Below are positions 9,424 to 19,196 of a stretch of 64,000 nt of DNA, piece by piece. This DNA is from Flavobacteriales bacterium (GTDB lineage Bacteria > Bacteroidota > Bacteroidia > Palsa-965), in NCBI GenBank assembly GCA_040377305.1, contig JBEIPA010000025.1:12290-76289 (forward strand), read 5' to 3'. The position numbers and the translations under genes are program-made. Under the pieces are notes generated by a model. It was given only the letters and a program-made list of their open reading frames with translations, ran no database searches and was not told where the DNA came from. The first letter of the stretch is position 1. Every line of letters begins with the position of its first letter.

Positions 9424-10308
9424 TTATTCGGTAACTCTGGAATGAACAATCAGGAGATTGCAGGGAAGATCTTCAAGAATGTATTCCATTCCATGCGTAA
9501 ATATTCTGTCCATGATTCCGTACTTCACATCGGGAGAGTTGATCACCAGCAAGTCTGCTTTTTTACTTACAGCGAAAGCCCTGATCGCATATCCGGGTTT
9601 ACCGCTTACTTGTTTGTCGGAAATCTCAATTCCTTTTCCTTCGTTGCAGGTAGCAAGAAGTTCGTTCATTTTTTCGTTCGCACCTTCCCTGAGTTCTTTA
9701 CGAATGCGACTTACTTCGCCTGCAGTGTTATCGTCGGCCATCGTCATCGCCAATCCAGGCTGATGTGATTCACTAGCTGCAATAATCTCCCTTGTCTTGA
9801 GATGCTTCGCACAGTAAATCGCCGTATTCAGCGTGTGGACTGTTTTTGCACTCTCTGTAATGTGAACGACCATTTTTTTAAATCGCGAACCACTCGTTGA
9901 CGGATCATTCAGGAGCAACACGGAGCACTTCGCACGTCGGGCAATTTTTCGCGCGAGCGTTCCCAGGTAAAACTGTATCATGTTTTCCTTTTGAAGCGCG
10001 CCCATTACGAGCAGATCAACGATATGAAGCTTACAGAGATGCAGAAGTGTTTGAACGGGTTCACCTTCATTCCACACCACACGTGTCTCCTTCTCATCGA
10101 TTCCACACTTTGCCATGAGTTCAAACAACCTATTCTCTTTCTCGCGGTCGCGTTCACCAACGTGCATCAGAATCAACTGGGCGTTGAATTTCTCTGCAAG
10201 TATTTGCGCCTCAGCGAGTATGTTCTCCAGGCGGGGAGAAAATGCAACCGCAACTCCTATCGTTTCAAAGGGCCAGGAGGGACGGTTTTTAAGTTTGCTG
10301 TAGTCCAT
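9424..10308 (-). CDS. Tandem-domain universal stress protein
   Basis: Two USP domains (DLLVMGA...LGTLARKIARRAKCSVLL; DLLVI...LPCNLLIVH); start MDYSK follows TATATTTG. Confidence 0.88.
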   Translation of the reverse strand: MDYSKLKNRPSWPFETIGVAVAFSPRLENILAEAQILAEKFNAQLILMHVGERDREKENRLFELMAKCGIDEKETRVVWNEGEPVQTLLHLCKLHIVDLLVMGALQKENMIQFYLGTLARKIARRAKCSVLLLNDPSTSGSRFKKMVVHITESAKTVHTLNTAIYCAKHLKTREIIAASESHQPGLAMTMADDNTAGEVSRIRKELREGANEKMNELLATCNEGKGIEISDKQVSGKPGYAIRAFAVSKKADLLVINSPDVKYGIMDRIFTHGMEYILEDLPCNLLIVHSRVTE

Positions 10309-10329
10309 GAGTGGCACAAATATAGGCGG

Positions 10330-10477
10330 AAGATGGGAGTTCGGAGATGGGAGACGGGAGACGTGAGTGAAACCTTGGTATTGGGAATGATGTGAACCCC
10401 GTATTGCGACTTTCACACCACTGCTTTCTTGTACGGACACCATATACTCCCGTATCCCATCTCCGAACTCCCATCTT
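10330..10477. repeat. Long inverted repeat built from heptamers (G[AT][TC][GC][GT]GA)
   Basis: 10330-10360 and the reverse complement of 10447-10477 match at 30/31; inner GTGAAA/TTTCAC stem. Confidence 0.85.
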
Positions 10478-10623
10478 TTTGAACATTTATTTTCGACGGA
10501 TTGCGCAGAAAAGGCGGTGCTTGATTCCATTCAGCCTTTACCCGAAAAACACTTAATAAAAGCCAAAACCTTCGGTTTATGATTTGCGTTAATAAGGCGG
10601 CAGTATCACTTTACAACAGGAGT

Positions 10624-10992
10624 ATGAAAAAAGCAGTTTACATTGTAGAAGACAACCCGCTTTTCGTGTTAATGCTGAACTATCGTTTTGATGAATGGAC
10701 GAATGTTCGGCTCATGCACTTTACCACAGCGGAAGAATGCTTACAGCACGTGCAGGAGAATCACTCACACCCCTCGTTGTATGTATTAGATTATCAGCTA
10801 CCCGGCATGAATGGTTTGGACGCGCTGAAACAAATCAAGAAAATAGATACCGATTCACGCGTAGCTATTTTATCTTCGACACTGAATCATGAAGTTACGC
10901 TTGCTTTGCTGCAGGCCGGCGCTGAAGAAGTGATCGAAAAACGCGATCGTTATCTGGAGAAGCTGTGTCGCTTGCTCGGTGAAGTGGCTTAA
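10624..10992 (+). CDS. Stand-alone response regulator receiver protein
   Basis: IVEDN, VLDYQLPGMNG, ILSS, IEK. Confidence 0.88.
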   Translation: MKKAVYIVEDNPLFVLMLNYRFDEWTNVRLMHFTTAEECLQHVQENHSHPSLYVLDYQLPGMNGLDALKQIKKIDTDSRVAILSSTLNHEVTLALLQAGAEEVIEKRDRYLEKLCRLLGEVA

Positions 10993-11012
10993 GACTTCAG
11001 GTTCGCGCTTCG

Positions 11013-12161
11013 ATGCGAAAACTCATTCTGATTGCAGTCTTGTTTGCAGGGACTGTTCTTCACGCCCAAAACGTGAAAGGACTTTACGTGAATCAATTCG
11101 CGACTATCCTTGGCGACATTCCCGCAGAAGACAGTTTGCTGAATTACGCGTTCGGTAATGGATTCAATTATCTGGCGTTGTATGAACTGCACCTGGTGCA
11201 TGCTCAACACGACTTAACGAATTTTGCTGCATCTGCGCCACTCGCTGCCTTCATCAACAAAGCGAAAACGCAGTACGGCATTATGGAAGTCGGTGCGATT
11301 GCCGAGAACTATTGGTTTTTCCAGAACAGAATTCACACGTACAATCAGCTGCACAGTAATCCGGATGAACAATTCGATGTGTTCAATCTTGAATTTGAAT
11401 TCTGGATTGCATCCGCAGTTGGTCCGGCCGGATATTACTGTACCACGTATCTTTCGCCGAACGGATTTGCCTGCGACACAGCGGGAGGATTCGATTTCTA
11501 CATCAGCGAGCTTCATAAGATTGATTCGCTTGCTGCAACCGAAGGACATATTTCCGAAACGTATGTCGGTTGGCCAACAGAAGGGCAATGTCACGAGATC
11601 ACTACAACCTGCGATCGTGTTTTGCTGCACGCGTATGTTACAAACGACAACATTGCATACGGCTATACGCAAACACGATTGTCGTACTTCGGAACATCAG
11701 CTTCTGTCGCAAACATCATCGTGATTTTTTCATCCGAGCCCGCGTTCATGGGTCCGTGGTTGGGAAGTAATCCGGAATACACCGCGTGGAATACTTACAG
11801 CGCCGCTTTCTCCAATGAAACTGCAGGCTGGGCAAGCGGAATCAATCTGATCGGTTATCAATGGTTTACATATACCGATATGCCGTATGAATTGGCAACG
11901 AACATAGATACCGAACCAAGCGTCGTGCACTATTACATTGCGCAAGATCAAAACCAGCTATTGATTTCAGCTGCAACAACTGTTTCAAGAACATTCGCGC
12001 TGTTCACCGTAACGGGCGAAAAAGTTCTCGTTCAAAACAGTACTTCCACATTGACCAGTATGGATCTGAATTCACTGGCAAGCGGAATGTACGTTCTCAC
12101 AATCACCGACAATTCCACCGGAGCCGTTTACTCGCGCAAAATTGTTTTTACACACGAATGA
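11013..12161 (+). CDS. T9SS type-A cargo with a putative glycoside-hydrolase-like TIM barrel
   Basis: Signal peptide; FDVFNLEFEF resembles a GH18-like strand-4 motif (inference); C-terminus MDLNSLASGMYVLTI...SRKIV. Confidence 0.75.
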   Translation: MRKLILIAVLFAGTVLHAQNVKGLYVNQFATILGDIPAEDSLLNYAFGNGFNYLALYELHLVHAQHDLTNFAASAPLAAFINKAKTQYGIMEVGAIAENYWFFQNRIHTYNQLHSNPDEQFDVFNLEFEFWIASAVGPAGYYCTTYLSPNGFACDTAGGFDFYISELHKIDSLAATEGHISETYVGWPTEGQCHEITTTCDRVLLHAYVTNDNIAYGYTQTRLSYFGTSASVANIIVIFSSEPAFMGPWLGSNPEYTAWNTYSAAFSNETAGWASGINLIGYQWFTYTDMPYELATNIDTEPSVVHYYIAQDQNQLLISAATTVSRTFALFTVTGEKVLVQNSTSTLTSMDLNSLASGMYVLTITDNSTGAVYSRKIVFTHE

Positions 12162-12162
12162 T

Positions 12163-12489
12163 ATGAAAATCTCAGAAGCACAATCGCAAGTCGACAACTG
12201 GATCAAGACGCATGGCGTTCGTTATTTCAGCGAGCTCACGAACACCGCAGTGTTGATGGAAGAAGTTGGAGAACTCGCGCGCATCATGGCCAGAAAATTT
12301 GGTGATCAGTCCTTCAAAAAAGACGAAGACAAAAAAGAGTTGGGCGATGAAATGGCAGATGTGTTGTTCGTGTTGATTTGTCTGGCGAATCAGTGCGGCG
12401 TGAATTTAGAAGAAGAGCTGAAGAAGAATCTGGAGAAGAAAACGAAGAGAGATGGGGAGCGGCATAAGGGGAATGAGAAGTTGAGGTAG
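12163..12489 (+). CDS. MazG-like nucleotide pyrophosphohydrolase
   Basis: LMEEVGELAR, LGDEMADVLFVLICLAN. Confidence 0.92.
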   Translation: MKISEAQSQVDNWIKTHGVRYFSELTNTAVLMEEVGELARIMARKFGDQSFKKDEDKKELGDEMADVLFVLICLANQCGVNLEEELKKNLEKKTKRDGERHKGNEKLR

Positions 12490-12614
12490 ACCCTGTAAAA
12501 CCCAAAAAACTAATTGCGGTATCTATTTCGCTAGCTGCTAGTCAAAGTTTGCGATGAGCAGACCCATCGAAGGTGATCCACCACCACGATCCTCGAAGCA
12601 TGACAGCCTCTAAA

Positions 12615-12932
12615 TTATTCGTTCCGGTCGCGTACATCCAACTTGCGTACCATCCCATCGGTCAACGCATCTGATGATGTACCATATCCATTAACAAGAA
12701 CACCTTTCAGGTTATATTTCTCAGATGAGATCGCATACAGAATCGCCTGATCGGCCGGATCGCTCGCTCCTTCGAATCGATAGAACCTGTCAATGACAAA
12801 ATCGTCGGGGTGAAGTTTAAATTTTCCGGTCTGACAATCGATGCAGTCATTTTGAAGATTAAAGTCCTCAGTATATCCGCGTTTACGCAATTCATTCATG
12901 ACTTCAGACAGCGGTGTCAGGTAATTGTTCAT
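12615..12932 (-). CDS. Conserved Bacteroidota small protein (often mislabelled PRPP synthetase)
   Basis: LRKRGYTEDF, YRFEGASDPAD.AILYAI, KGVLVNGYG family motifs. Confidence 0.8.
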   Translation of the reverse strand: MNNYLTPLSEVMNELRKRGYTEDFNLQNDCIDCQTGKFKLHPDDFVIDRFYRFEGASDPADQAILYAISSEKYNLKGVLVNGYGTSSDALTDGMVRKLDVRDRNE

Positions 12933-12999
12933 GGCGATCGGAGAATTAATGAATACCTACTCAAGCTCAAGTTAACAATAATATTGGCTAGAGAAATGG

Positions 13000-13018
13000 T
13001 TACCGGGTAGTAGTGAAT
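13000..13018 (-). promoter_or_regulatory. Putative transcription-factor site, copy 3 (TTACC-GGGT-AGTAGTGA)
   Basis: Matches the copy 1/2 consensus; about 26 bp from TAACTTGA (minus strand 12967-12974). Confidence 0.45.
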
Positions 13019-13202
13019 TAGCCGGACACATTATTCATGCTTACTTACCTCGCGAATTAGTCAGGAATGAATCTCGAAGACTCTTTAAAGAATAGTTTAG
13101 AGAAAAAGACGTAGCGGGATTCGGAACGGTTCGCCTTGCTTTTACCAAGAAGTTAGCGCAACCTGCACCGCGTCTCCGATTCCTCCGCGTCGTCGCGCTT
13201 CA

Positions 13203-13221
13203 TTTACTACTTTTTGGTGAG
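13203..13221 (+). promoter_or_regulatory. Putative transcription-factor site, copy 4 (TTACTACTTTTTGGTGA)
   Basis: Reverse complement is TCACC-AAAA-AGTAGTAA; 24 bp before TACGTTTG (13244-13251). Confidence 0.55.
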
Positions 13222-13256
13222 CCCCTCCTCCTCGCATTACCCTTACGTTTGCCGCC

Positions 13257-13724
13257 ATGCGCCTCCCCTACCTGCTCTTAGCACTTCCCATTGTATTTTT
13301 CATCTCCTGTAAGAAAGACGAACGCTACTTGTGGCGCGATCCGGGTGTGTGGGAAATCGAATCCATGACGATTGAATATCTGAATTCGTCGGGTGGAGTT
13401 GATAGCACAGTGACTGCACCGATCTCCGGTTTCTTCATGTTCTACAATACGCCTACTGATGAGGCCGATCCCATGTACCTGATCACACACGCTATGACGG
13501 TGAAAGGGCGCGAACAGCATGGTGCGCACTACTGGAGGACGAAACAAAAAGTTATTTACCTGGTCAATCTGGATCAGTCGAGCTTTCGTGTTTATACGGT
13601 CGACGATAAAGGCCGGAATAAACAGACGTGGGATTACGAAGGAAAAAACAACGGGCTGCATACCAATACAGATACATCCGTGTTCGTGCGTGAACATATT
13701 GAACTAATCCGTGTGAAGCGATGA
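13257..13724 (+). CDS. Lipoprotein, possibly lipocalin-like
   Basis: Lipobox FISC-KK; G.WEIES start of a beta-barrel. Confidence 0.75.
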   Translation: MRLPYLLLALPIVFFISCKKDERYLWRDPGVWEIESMTIEYLNSSGGVDSTVTAPISGFFMFYNTPTDEADPMYLITHAMTVKGREQHGAHYWRTKQKVIYLVNLDQSSFRVYTVDDKGRNKQTWDYEGKNNGLHTNTDTSVFVREHIELIRVKR

Positions 13725-14416
13725 AAAAACTGCTCGTGATTTTAATGGTTGTGCTTTCAGTTCAAAGTGCGCGCGCTGAAAATATACTCGGAGTGGGTTA
13801 CCAGTACGGTGTATTTCATCTTGGAAATATCAATCGCACCGTGTACGCGTATAACTACACGCGTCAATGGCTCACGCAGTCGATGGCATACTTCCATACC
13901 ATGCCCGGAGTGCAGGTACATTACTCACACGTGAAGGAATTCTGGGGACTTGAATTCAACGTGAATACCATGGGGCAAACGAACGAAGCTTACGGCATCG
14001 AAACATCGTCAGGTCTCGAAGCACATCGTAAGATTAAGATGGGATTGTTCTGCTGGGGAGCGGGTGCCAGTGTTATTCTGAAACGTACAGAGCATTTGAT
14101 GTTAGGATTCAGTCTTACGTTCGATCACATGCGTTTATCCGGTACCACAGAATACAGCAATCCACTGGAGTCTGAATACATGCGTGTCATCGTAGAGAAA
14201 TGCTGGAGCAATTCCATACGCGTAAATCTTGGGTGGTTTCCGATCGAGCGCGTTGGATTAACGTTGCGTCCTTTTGTCATGTTGCCTTATCGTAAAGCAA
14301 ACACAGAAGGACTGATGTACTATCTGCAGGGCGATTACAATACGCAGCGGACATCGGTTTGGAATTATGGGTGTACGTTAAATCTCACTTTCCGGTTTGG
14401 GTATATCGAGTTTTGA
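13721..14416 (+). CDS. Outer-membrane beta-barrel protein
   Basis: Signal peptide, amphipathic strands, terminal Phe; ATGA overlap with the upstream lipoprotein gene. Confidence 0.75.
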   Translation: MKKLLVILMVVLSVQSARAENILGVGYQYGVFHLGNINRTVYAYNYTRQWLTQSMAYFHTMPGVQVHYSHVKEFWGLEFNVNTMGQTNEAYGIETSSGLEAHRKIKMGLFCWGAGASVILKRTEHLMLGFSLTFDHMRLSGTTEYSNPLESEYMRVIVEKCWSNSIRVNLGWFPIERVGLTLRPFVMLPYRKANTEGLMYYLQGDYNTQRTSVWNYGCTLNLTFRFGYIEF

Positions 14417-14566
14417 TGCCGTGCAGTAATTTGATCTTATGAGATACGTTTGAGTTTATCTCATTAAATCCAACAGCCAATTTTGGAATAGACCCAGGTC
14501 ATCCGAGCAAACGAATAGAAAACAACGGGCCTAAAAATCCGCGTTCCCTTTTCGTACTTTTAGTGC

Positions 14567-16183
14567 ATGTCTCTCCCCGACTTCCTCGTAATTGGTTCCG
14601 GCTGCACGGGTGCAATTGCTGCGCAGACTTTGGCAGAAGCGGGACACACTGTGCTCATCATCGACGGCGGACAAACCGATCGTGGAGCTGCAGACAAAAT
14701 TCCGAAAGACAATTTCATTTCTCTTCGCAAGAACGACGATTCTCAGGACAACTATTTTCTTGGAGAACATTTTGAAAGCATTCCGGAAGGGAAAACTTCA
14801 TCCGGCGCACAGTTAACACCAGCACGAACTTTTCTCACGCGGGAAACGGAAAAATACCTCCCGCTCATCTCCGAACAGTTTGCAGCAATCGAAAGTCTTG
14901 CAGTCGGCGGACTCGGTGGTGGCTGGGGATTGGGTTGCTGCGTTTTCTCCAATGAAGAATTGCGATTGTGCGGACTCGATGCGGATAAAATGAAATCGGC
15001 GTATCAGGTTGTTGCCGACAGAATGGGCTTGAGCGGAACGAAGGATGACGCAACTCCGTATACTTCTTCCCACATCAGCGGAATGCAACCCGCGTTTGAT
15101 CTCGACAAGCCCGCAGCACGATTGAAGTACAACTACGACAGAAATAAATCTTCGTTGAATGAGAATGATTTCTTTCTTGGTCGTCCGGCGCTGGCATTAC
15201 TTACGCAGGATCGTGGAGAGCGCAAAGGCTTGAATCGTCGCGATATGGATTTTTACGACGACTACGGAAATTCTGCATGGCGCGCGTGGATGCTGATCAA
15301 CGAGCTGAAGAAAAAACCAAACGTTCAGCACGAATCAGGATGGCTCGCTACTGATTTTCGCGAAAACGAAAACGAAGTTGTGGTGAATGCACTTCAGATT
15401 GGCACCAATGAGAAAAAAGAATTTCGTGCGAGAAAATTAATTCTTGCTGCGGGTCCGCTTGGAACTGCGCGTCTGGTTTTGCGCTCACTTCCAGGAGGCG
15501 ATAAAACGAAATTGCCATTCATCTGTAATCCGTACAACTATACGCCTCTGCTCCTGCCGAAATTATTAGGAAGTGAGATCAGCGAAAATCACATCGGTCT
15601 TGCCCAGCTTTCTCTTTTTCACGATGAAGGAAAAAAAGGCGACAACATTGCAATGGCATCTTTGTATTCGTATCACGCGTTGATGTTATTCCGTTTATTG
15701 CGGGAGACTCCATTGAATTTCCGCGATGGTAGAATGGCCATGCGCTATCTGCTGCCGGCAATCATGATCGCTGGAATACATCATCCTGAAACACGCGGTG
15801 AACATCAATTTGTTTCTCTGGAGAAAAACACAGATTCTCCAACCGGTGATCAGTTGCATGTTGACTACAGAATATCGGATGAGAAAATTGCACGTGTGAA
15901 TGAACGTGAGAAAAAATATCGCAGTGCGTTGAAGAAACTCGGAGCTTATGCACTGAAACAAGTTCGTCCTGCGATTGGAGCGAGTGTGCATTATGCAGGT
16001 GCTCTTCCGTTTTCCGATCAGCCTTCCCAATTTGCCCTGGCATCTGATGGACGCTTACACAATCACGCACGCACGTACGTAGCAGATGGAAGCGGGTTCA
16101 ATTTTCTGCCCGCGAAAGGACTCACGTTGTCGCTTATGGCCAATGCACATCTTGTTGCAACAGCCGCGTCGGCGAACGCGTAG
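14567..16183 (+). CDS. GMC-family FAD oxidoreductase
   Basis: VIGSGCTG, GGLGGGWG, LILAAG.LGTARL, HYAG, YVADGS...LTLSLMANA. Confidence 0.85.
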   Translation: MSLPDFLVIGSGCTGAIAAQTLAEAGHTVLIIDGGQTDRGAADKIPKDNFISLRKNDDSQDNYFLGEHFESIPEGKTSSGAQLTPARTFLTRETEKYLPLISEQFAAIESLAVGGLGGGWGLGCCVFSNEELRLCGLDADKMKSAYQVVADRMGLSGTKDDATPYTSSHISGMQPAFDLDKPAARLKYNYDRNKSSLNENDFFLGRPALALLTQDRGERKGLNRRDMDFYDDYGNSAWRAWMLINELKKKPNVQHESGWLATDFRENENEVVVNALQIGTNEKKEFRARKLILAAGPLGTARLVLRSLPGGDKTKLPFICNPYNYTPLLLPKLLGSEISENHIGLAQLSLFHDEGKKGDNIAMASLYSYHALMLFRLLRETPLNFRDGRMAMRYLLPAIMIAGIHHPETRGEHQFVSLEKNTDSPTGDQLHVDYRISDEKIARVNEREKKYRSALKKLGAYALKQVRPAIGASVHYAGALPFSDQPSQFALASDGRLHNHARTYVADGSGFNFLPAKGLTLSLMANAHLVATAASANA

Positions 16184-16328
16184 TCTCTCCACCGCGGCAG
16201 ACCAGACGCAATATGGTGCGTGTATTCCCCATTATTTATTCCGGAGGTGGCGTTGATCGCTGATATTCAAACTAAACTGTTCCGGCACTACGATTGCATG
16301 AACCAGAGAAACAAAAAAACTGAATCTC

Positions 16329-16544
16329 ATGCGAGCGTTAGGAATTGTACTGGTTGCAGCTGGAATTATTATGATGGTAATTACCGGAATCAATATTGTA
16401 ACTGAAGAAAAGGTGGTGGATTTTGGTAAAGTTGAAATCACGAAAGAGCAAAATAATCCCGTGAGTTGGTCGCCAATTATTGGAGCAGTTTTGTTGGTAG
16501 GTGGCGTAATTGTACTGCTCACAGGCAACAAGAAAGTGGCTTAA
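16329..16544 (+). CDS. Small two-TM membrane protein
   Basis: TM-TEEKVVDFGKVEI-WSPIIG-TM pattern common in Bacteroidota. Confidence 0.8.
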   Translation: MRALGIVLVAAGIIMMVITGINIVTEEKVVDFGKVEITKEQNNPVSWSPIIGAVLLVGGVIVLLTGNKKVA

Positions 16545-16585
16545 TTCAAGGGTAAAATGGCTCTATGGAGTCATTTTTTAGACTA

Positions 16586-16605
16586 TTATATGTATATACA
16601 TATAA
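16586..16605. promoter_or_regulatory. Perfect 20-bp palindromic operator upstream of ygiD
   Basis: TTATATGTATATACATATAA next to -7 box TACCTTTG (16610-16617). Confidence 0.7.
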
Positions 16606-16621
16606 TGACTACCTTTGTGTT

Positions 16622-17497
16622 GTGGAAAGACGTAAAGCACTTAAATTGCTTCTTGGAGGAGCCGCCGCATCACTAGCCATGACACTATCCGATCTGAAAA
16701 CATTTTCGGACGAATTGCCGCAAGACGAAAAGCAACCCGTGTTGTTTCTTGGTCACGGAAGTCCGATGAACGCAATTGAAAATAATGTGTTCACTCAATC
16801 ACTCACGGCATTAGGTCTTCGTCTGCCGAAACCAAAAGCTGTGTTGGTTGTCTCGGCGCATTGGCTTACACGCGGCACATTTGTCTCTACCGCGGTGCAA
16901 CCCGCAACGATTTACGATTTTGGCGGATTTCCACCCGAGCTCTCTCAGGTGAAGTATCCTGCACCTGGAGCTCCGGAGCAAGCGAAACTTGTGGCGAACA
17001 CCATTACCACAACGCACATTGAAGAAGATCCGTCAATGGGATTAGATCACGGTGCGTGGAGTGTAATACGTCACATGTGGCCCGATGCAAGCATTCCGAT
17101 TTTTCAATTGAGCATAGACTTTTTCAAAGGTCCGCAATGGCATTACGATCTTGCACAAGAACTGAAACAATTGCGCAAGAAAGGAATCATGATTATCACC
17201 AGCGGAAACATCACCCATAATCTTGGCAATGTAGTTTGGGATAACCGGGATGCAAGCGCTGTGGATTGGGCAATCGAGTTTGATGAAGCGATCAAGAAAA
17301 ATATTGTCGACCACAATCACGCAGCAATAATCGATTACACCAAACTAAGTTCTGCGCAAATGGCAGTACCGAGCAATGATCACTATTTGCCGTTGCTGTA
17401 CACGTTAGGTGCAACTGACAAAAACGAAACGTTCGCGTGGACCTACGAAGGGTTTCAGTATGGAACGATTTCAATGCGCGGTGTGCAGTTCGGGTAA
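16622..17497 (+). CDS. ygiD: 4,5-DOPA dioxygenase extradiol (LigB/YgiD family)
   Basis: FLGHGSPMNA, VSAHW, TIYDFGGFP, GLDHGAW, SGNITHNL, HYLPL; GTG start with an RR-containing leader. Confidence 0.92.
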   Translation: MERRKALKLLLGGAAASLAMTLSDLKTFSDELPQDEKQPVLFLGHGSPMNAIENNVFTQSLTALGLRLPKPKAVLVVSAHWLTRGTFVSTAVQPATIYDFGGFPPELSQVKYPAPGAPEQAKLVANTITTTHIEEDPSMGLDHGAWSVIRHMWPDASIPIFQLSIDFFKGPQWHYDLAQELKQLRKKGIMIITSGNITHNLGNVVWDNRDASAVDWAIEFDEAIKKNIVDHNHAAIIDYTKLSSAQMAVPSNDHYLPLLYTLGATDKNETFAWTYEGFQYGTISMRGVQFG

Positions 17498-17503
17498 AAT
17501 AAG

Positions 17504-17592
17504 TTGCAGTCGCAGGAGGCAGTGGCAGTCAGTAAGCAGTGATAGCCAGTTAACGACAACCGGATACTGACTGCAACTGCCACTGCCACTGA
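17504..17592. repeat. Inverted pair of GCAGT[GT]-type short repeats
   Basis: GGCAGTGGCAGTCAGTA (17518-17534) versus TACTGACTGCAACTGCC (17565-17581). Confidence 0.75.
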
Positions 17593-17612
17593 ATTACTTT
17601 ATCTTCACGTTC

Positions 17613-18482
17613 GTGAACAGGATAATAGCCATCACCGGAGCTACCGGCTTTTTGGGAAACGAACTAGTCCATTACTTTCTCTCGACAGGAGATAAAGTGA
17701 TTGCGATGGTGCGTGCCATACCAAACGCGAAAGTACCTGGCGTGAAGTATGTGTTGTTCGATCTCACCAGCGGAAAATGTTCAGAACCGAAACTCGAAGC
17801 CGATGTGTTGATTCATACCGCTTACGTTGCTGTAACGGATAGCAAAACGCCGCTCGATGACAATATTTCGGGTGCTAAATCCCTGCTGAAACTTTTTCCT
17901 GCGAGTACGAAAAAGATTTTCATCTCCAGTGTTTCGGCCGACCAGAATTCCCCGGCGGTGTACGGACAACAAAAAGCGGCTGTAGAGAACTTCTTTCTCG
18001 AAAACGATGGCACCGCTGTTCGTCCCGGCTTAATTCTCGGTAACGGAGGAATGTTTGCCAACATGCGCGACTATTTGAAGAAGAAAAGAAATATTCCGGT
18101 TTTCAACGGAGGAACGCAGCCACTACAAACCGTTTTTGTGAATGATCTTGTAGTCGCGATTGAAAAACTCGTGAGCAACAACATGCGTGGTGTGTTTACA
18201 TTCTGCGAACATGATCCTGTTCACTACAAAGAATTCTACCAGGAACTTTGCAGGCAACTGAATGTCAAACCGCGATTTATCAGCATTCCGTTTTGGGTTG
18301 CCGGTTGTATGGTTTCCTGCGCGAACGCCGTTGGAATTACTTTACCGATCAATCACGACAATCTGCAAGGACTGAAACTTATGAAGGCGCATCCTTCGAA
18401 ACAAGATGCAGCATCTATTGGTGTACAACCCGGAAGTTACAAGGAGAATTTAGAGCGTGCGATTAAAATTGGTTCCAAATGA
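17613..18482 (+). CDS. NAD-dependent epimerase/dehydratase (extended SDR)
   Basis: ITGATGFLG, FISS, YGQQK, VRPGLILG. Confidence 0.9.
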   Translation: MNRIIAITGATGFLGNELVHYFLSTGDKVIAMVRAIPNAKVPGVKYVLFDLTSGKCSEPKLEADVLIHTAYVAVTDSKTPLDDNISGAKSLLKLFPASTKKIFISSVSADQNSPAVYGQQKAAVENFFLENDGTAVRPGLILGNGGMFANMRDYLKKKRNIPVFNGGTQPLQTVFVNDLVVAIEKLVSNNMRGVFTFCEHDPVHYKEFYQELCRQLNVKPRFISIPFWVAGCMVSCANAVGITLPINHDNLQGLKLMKAHPSKQDAASIGVQPGSYKENLERAIKIGSK

Positions 18483-19196
18483 ACCAGCACCGTCTCTCAG
18501 TTGCATTAAAGGTTTCAATTCTTCTTCGGTAAGTTCTCTCCACGCTCCGGCTTTAAGCGCACCAAGATTCAAATGCATAATGCGTGTGCGAACGAGCTTG
18601 TGAACCGAGAATCCGAGATTGTAACTCATTCTGCGAATCTGCTTGTTCATCCCCTGCTTAAGTATAATTCGAAACGCCTGTGGATTTTTTTCATCCGGAA
18701 AAACTTCGCAAGGATCTGTCACGGTGTTGAGAATCTTCACGCCTCTTTTCATCTGCTGCACAAACTCATCTGTAATCGGTTTGTGAACTTCCACGTAATA
18801 TTCTTTCTCCTTCTTGCTGTCGGCGTGGGCGATCTCGTGATACAAATCACCGTCATTGATCATGAGTAACAAGCCTTCAGAATCCTTGTCCAGTCGTCCA
18901 ACGGGAAATAAACGCAAACGAAATCTGAAAACCGTTAGCAAGTTGTCTGCGATTCCCTCATTCATCGTACACTCTATGCCACGTGGTTTATGAAACAGAA
19001 TGTAAGCAAGCTCAATTCGGGTTGGAATTTCTTCCCCGTCAAGAGTGACAATATCGCCTTCAACGATTAAACGCGTTGTTGTTGGCACAGCACCATTCAC
19101 CCGAACGCGATCTGCGCGAATAATCTCACCGGCTTCCAGCAGATTAATTCCGCAGTGTTCACCAATTACAACCCGGAGTCTTCGTGGTTTCATCAC
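18450..19196 (-). CDS. rRNA pseudouridine synthase, RsuA/RluF family, with S4 domain
   Basis: HKPRG, FPVGRLDKDSEGLLL, KEY.V, QG.NKQIRRM, LVRTRI. Confidence 0.9.
   Translation of the reverse strand: MMKPRRLRVVIGEHCGINLLEAGEIIRADRVRVNGAVPTTTRLIVEGDIVTLDGEEIPTRIELAYILFHKPRGIECTMNEGIADNLLTVFRFRLRLFPVGRLDKDSEGLLLMINDGDLYHEIAHADSKKEKEYYVEVHKPITDEFVQQMKRGVKILNTVTDPCEVFPDEKNPQAFRIILKQGMNKQIRRMSYNLGFSVHKLVRTRIMHLNLGALKAGAWRELTEEELKPLMQLRDGAGSFGTNFNRTL

Noticed and set aside
10309-10530. 74-aa N-terminal extension of the USP ORF
   Set aside because: It is translated heptamer inverted repeat; a -7 box sits just before the internal ATG at 10308
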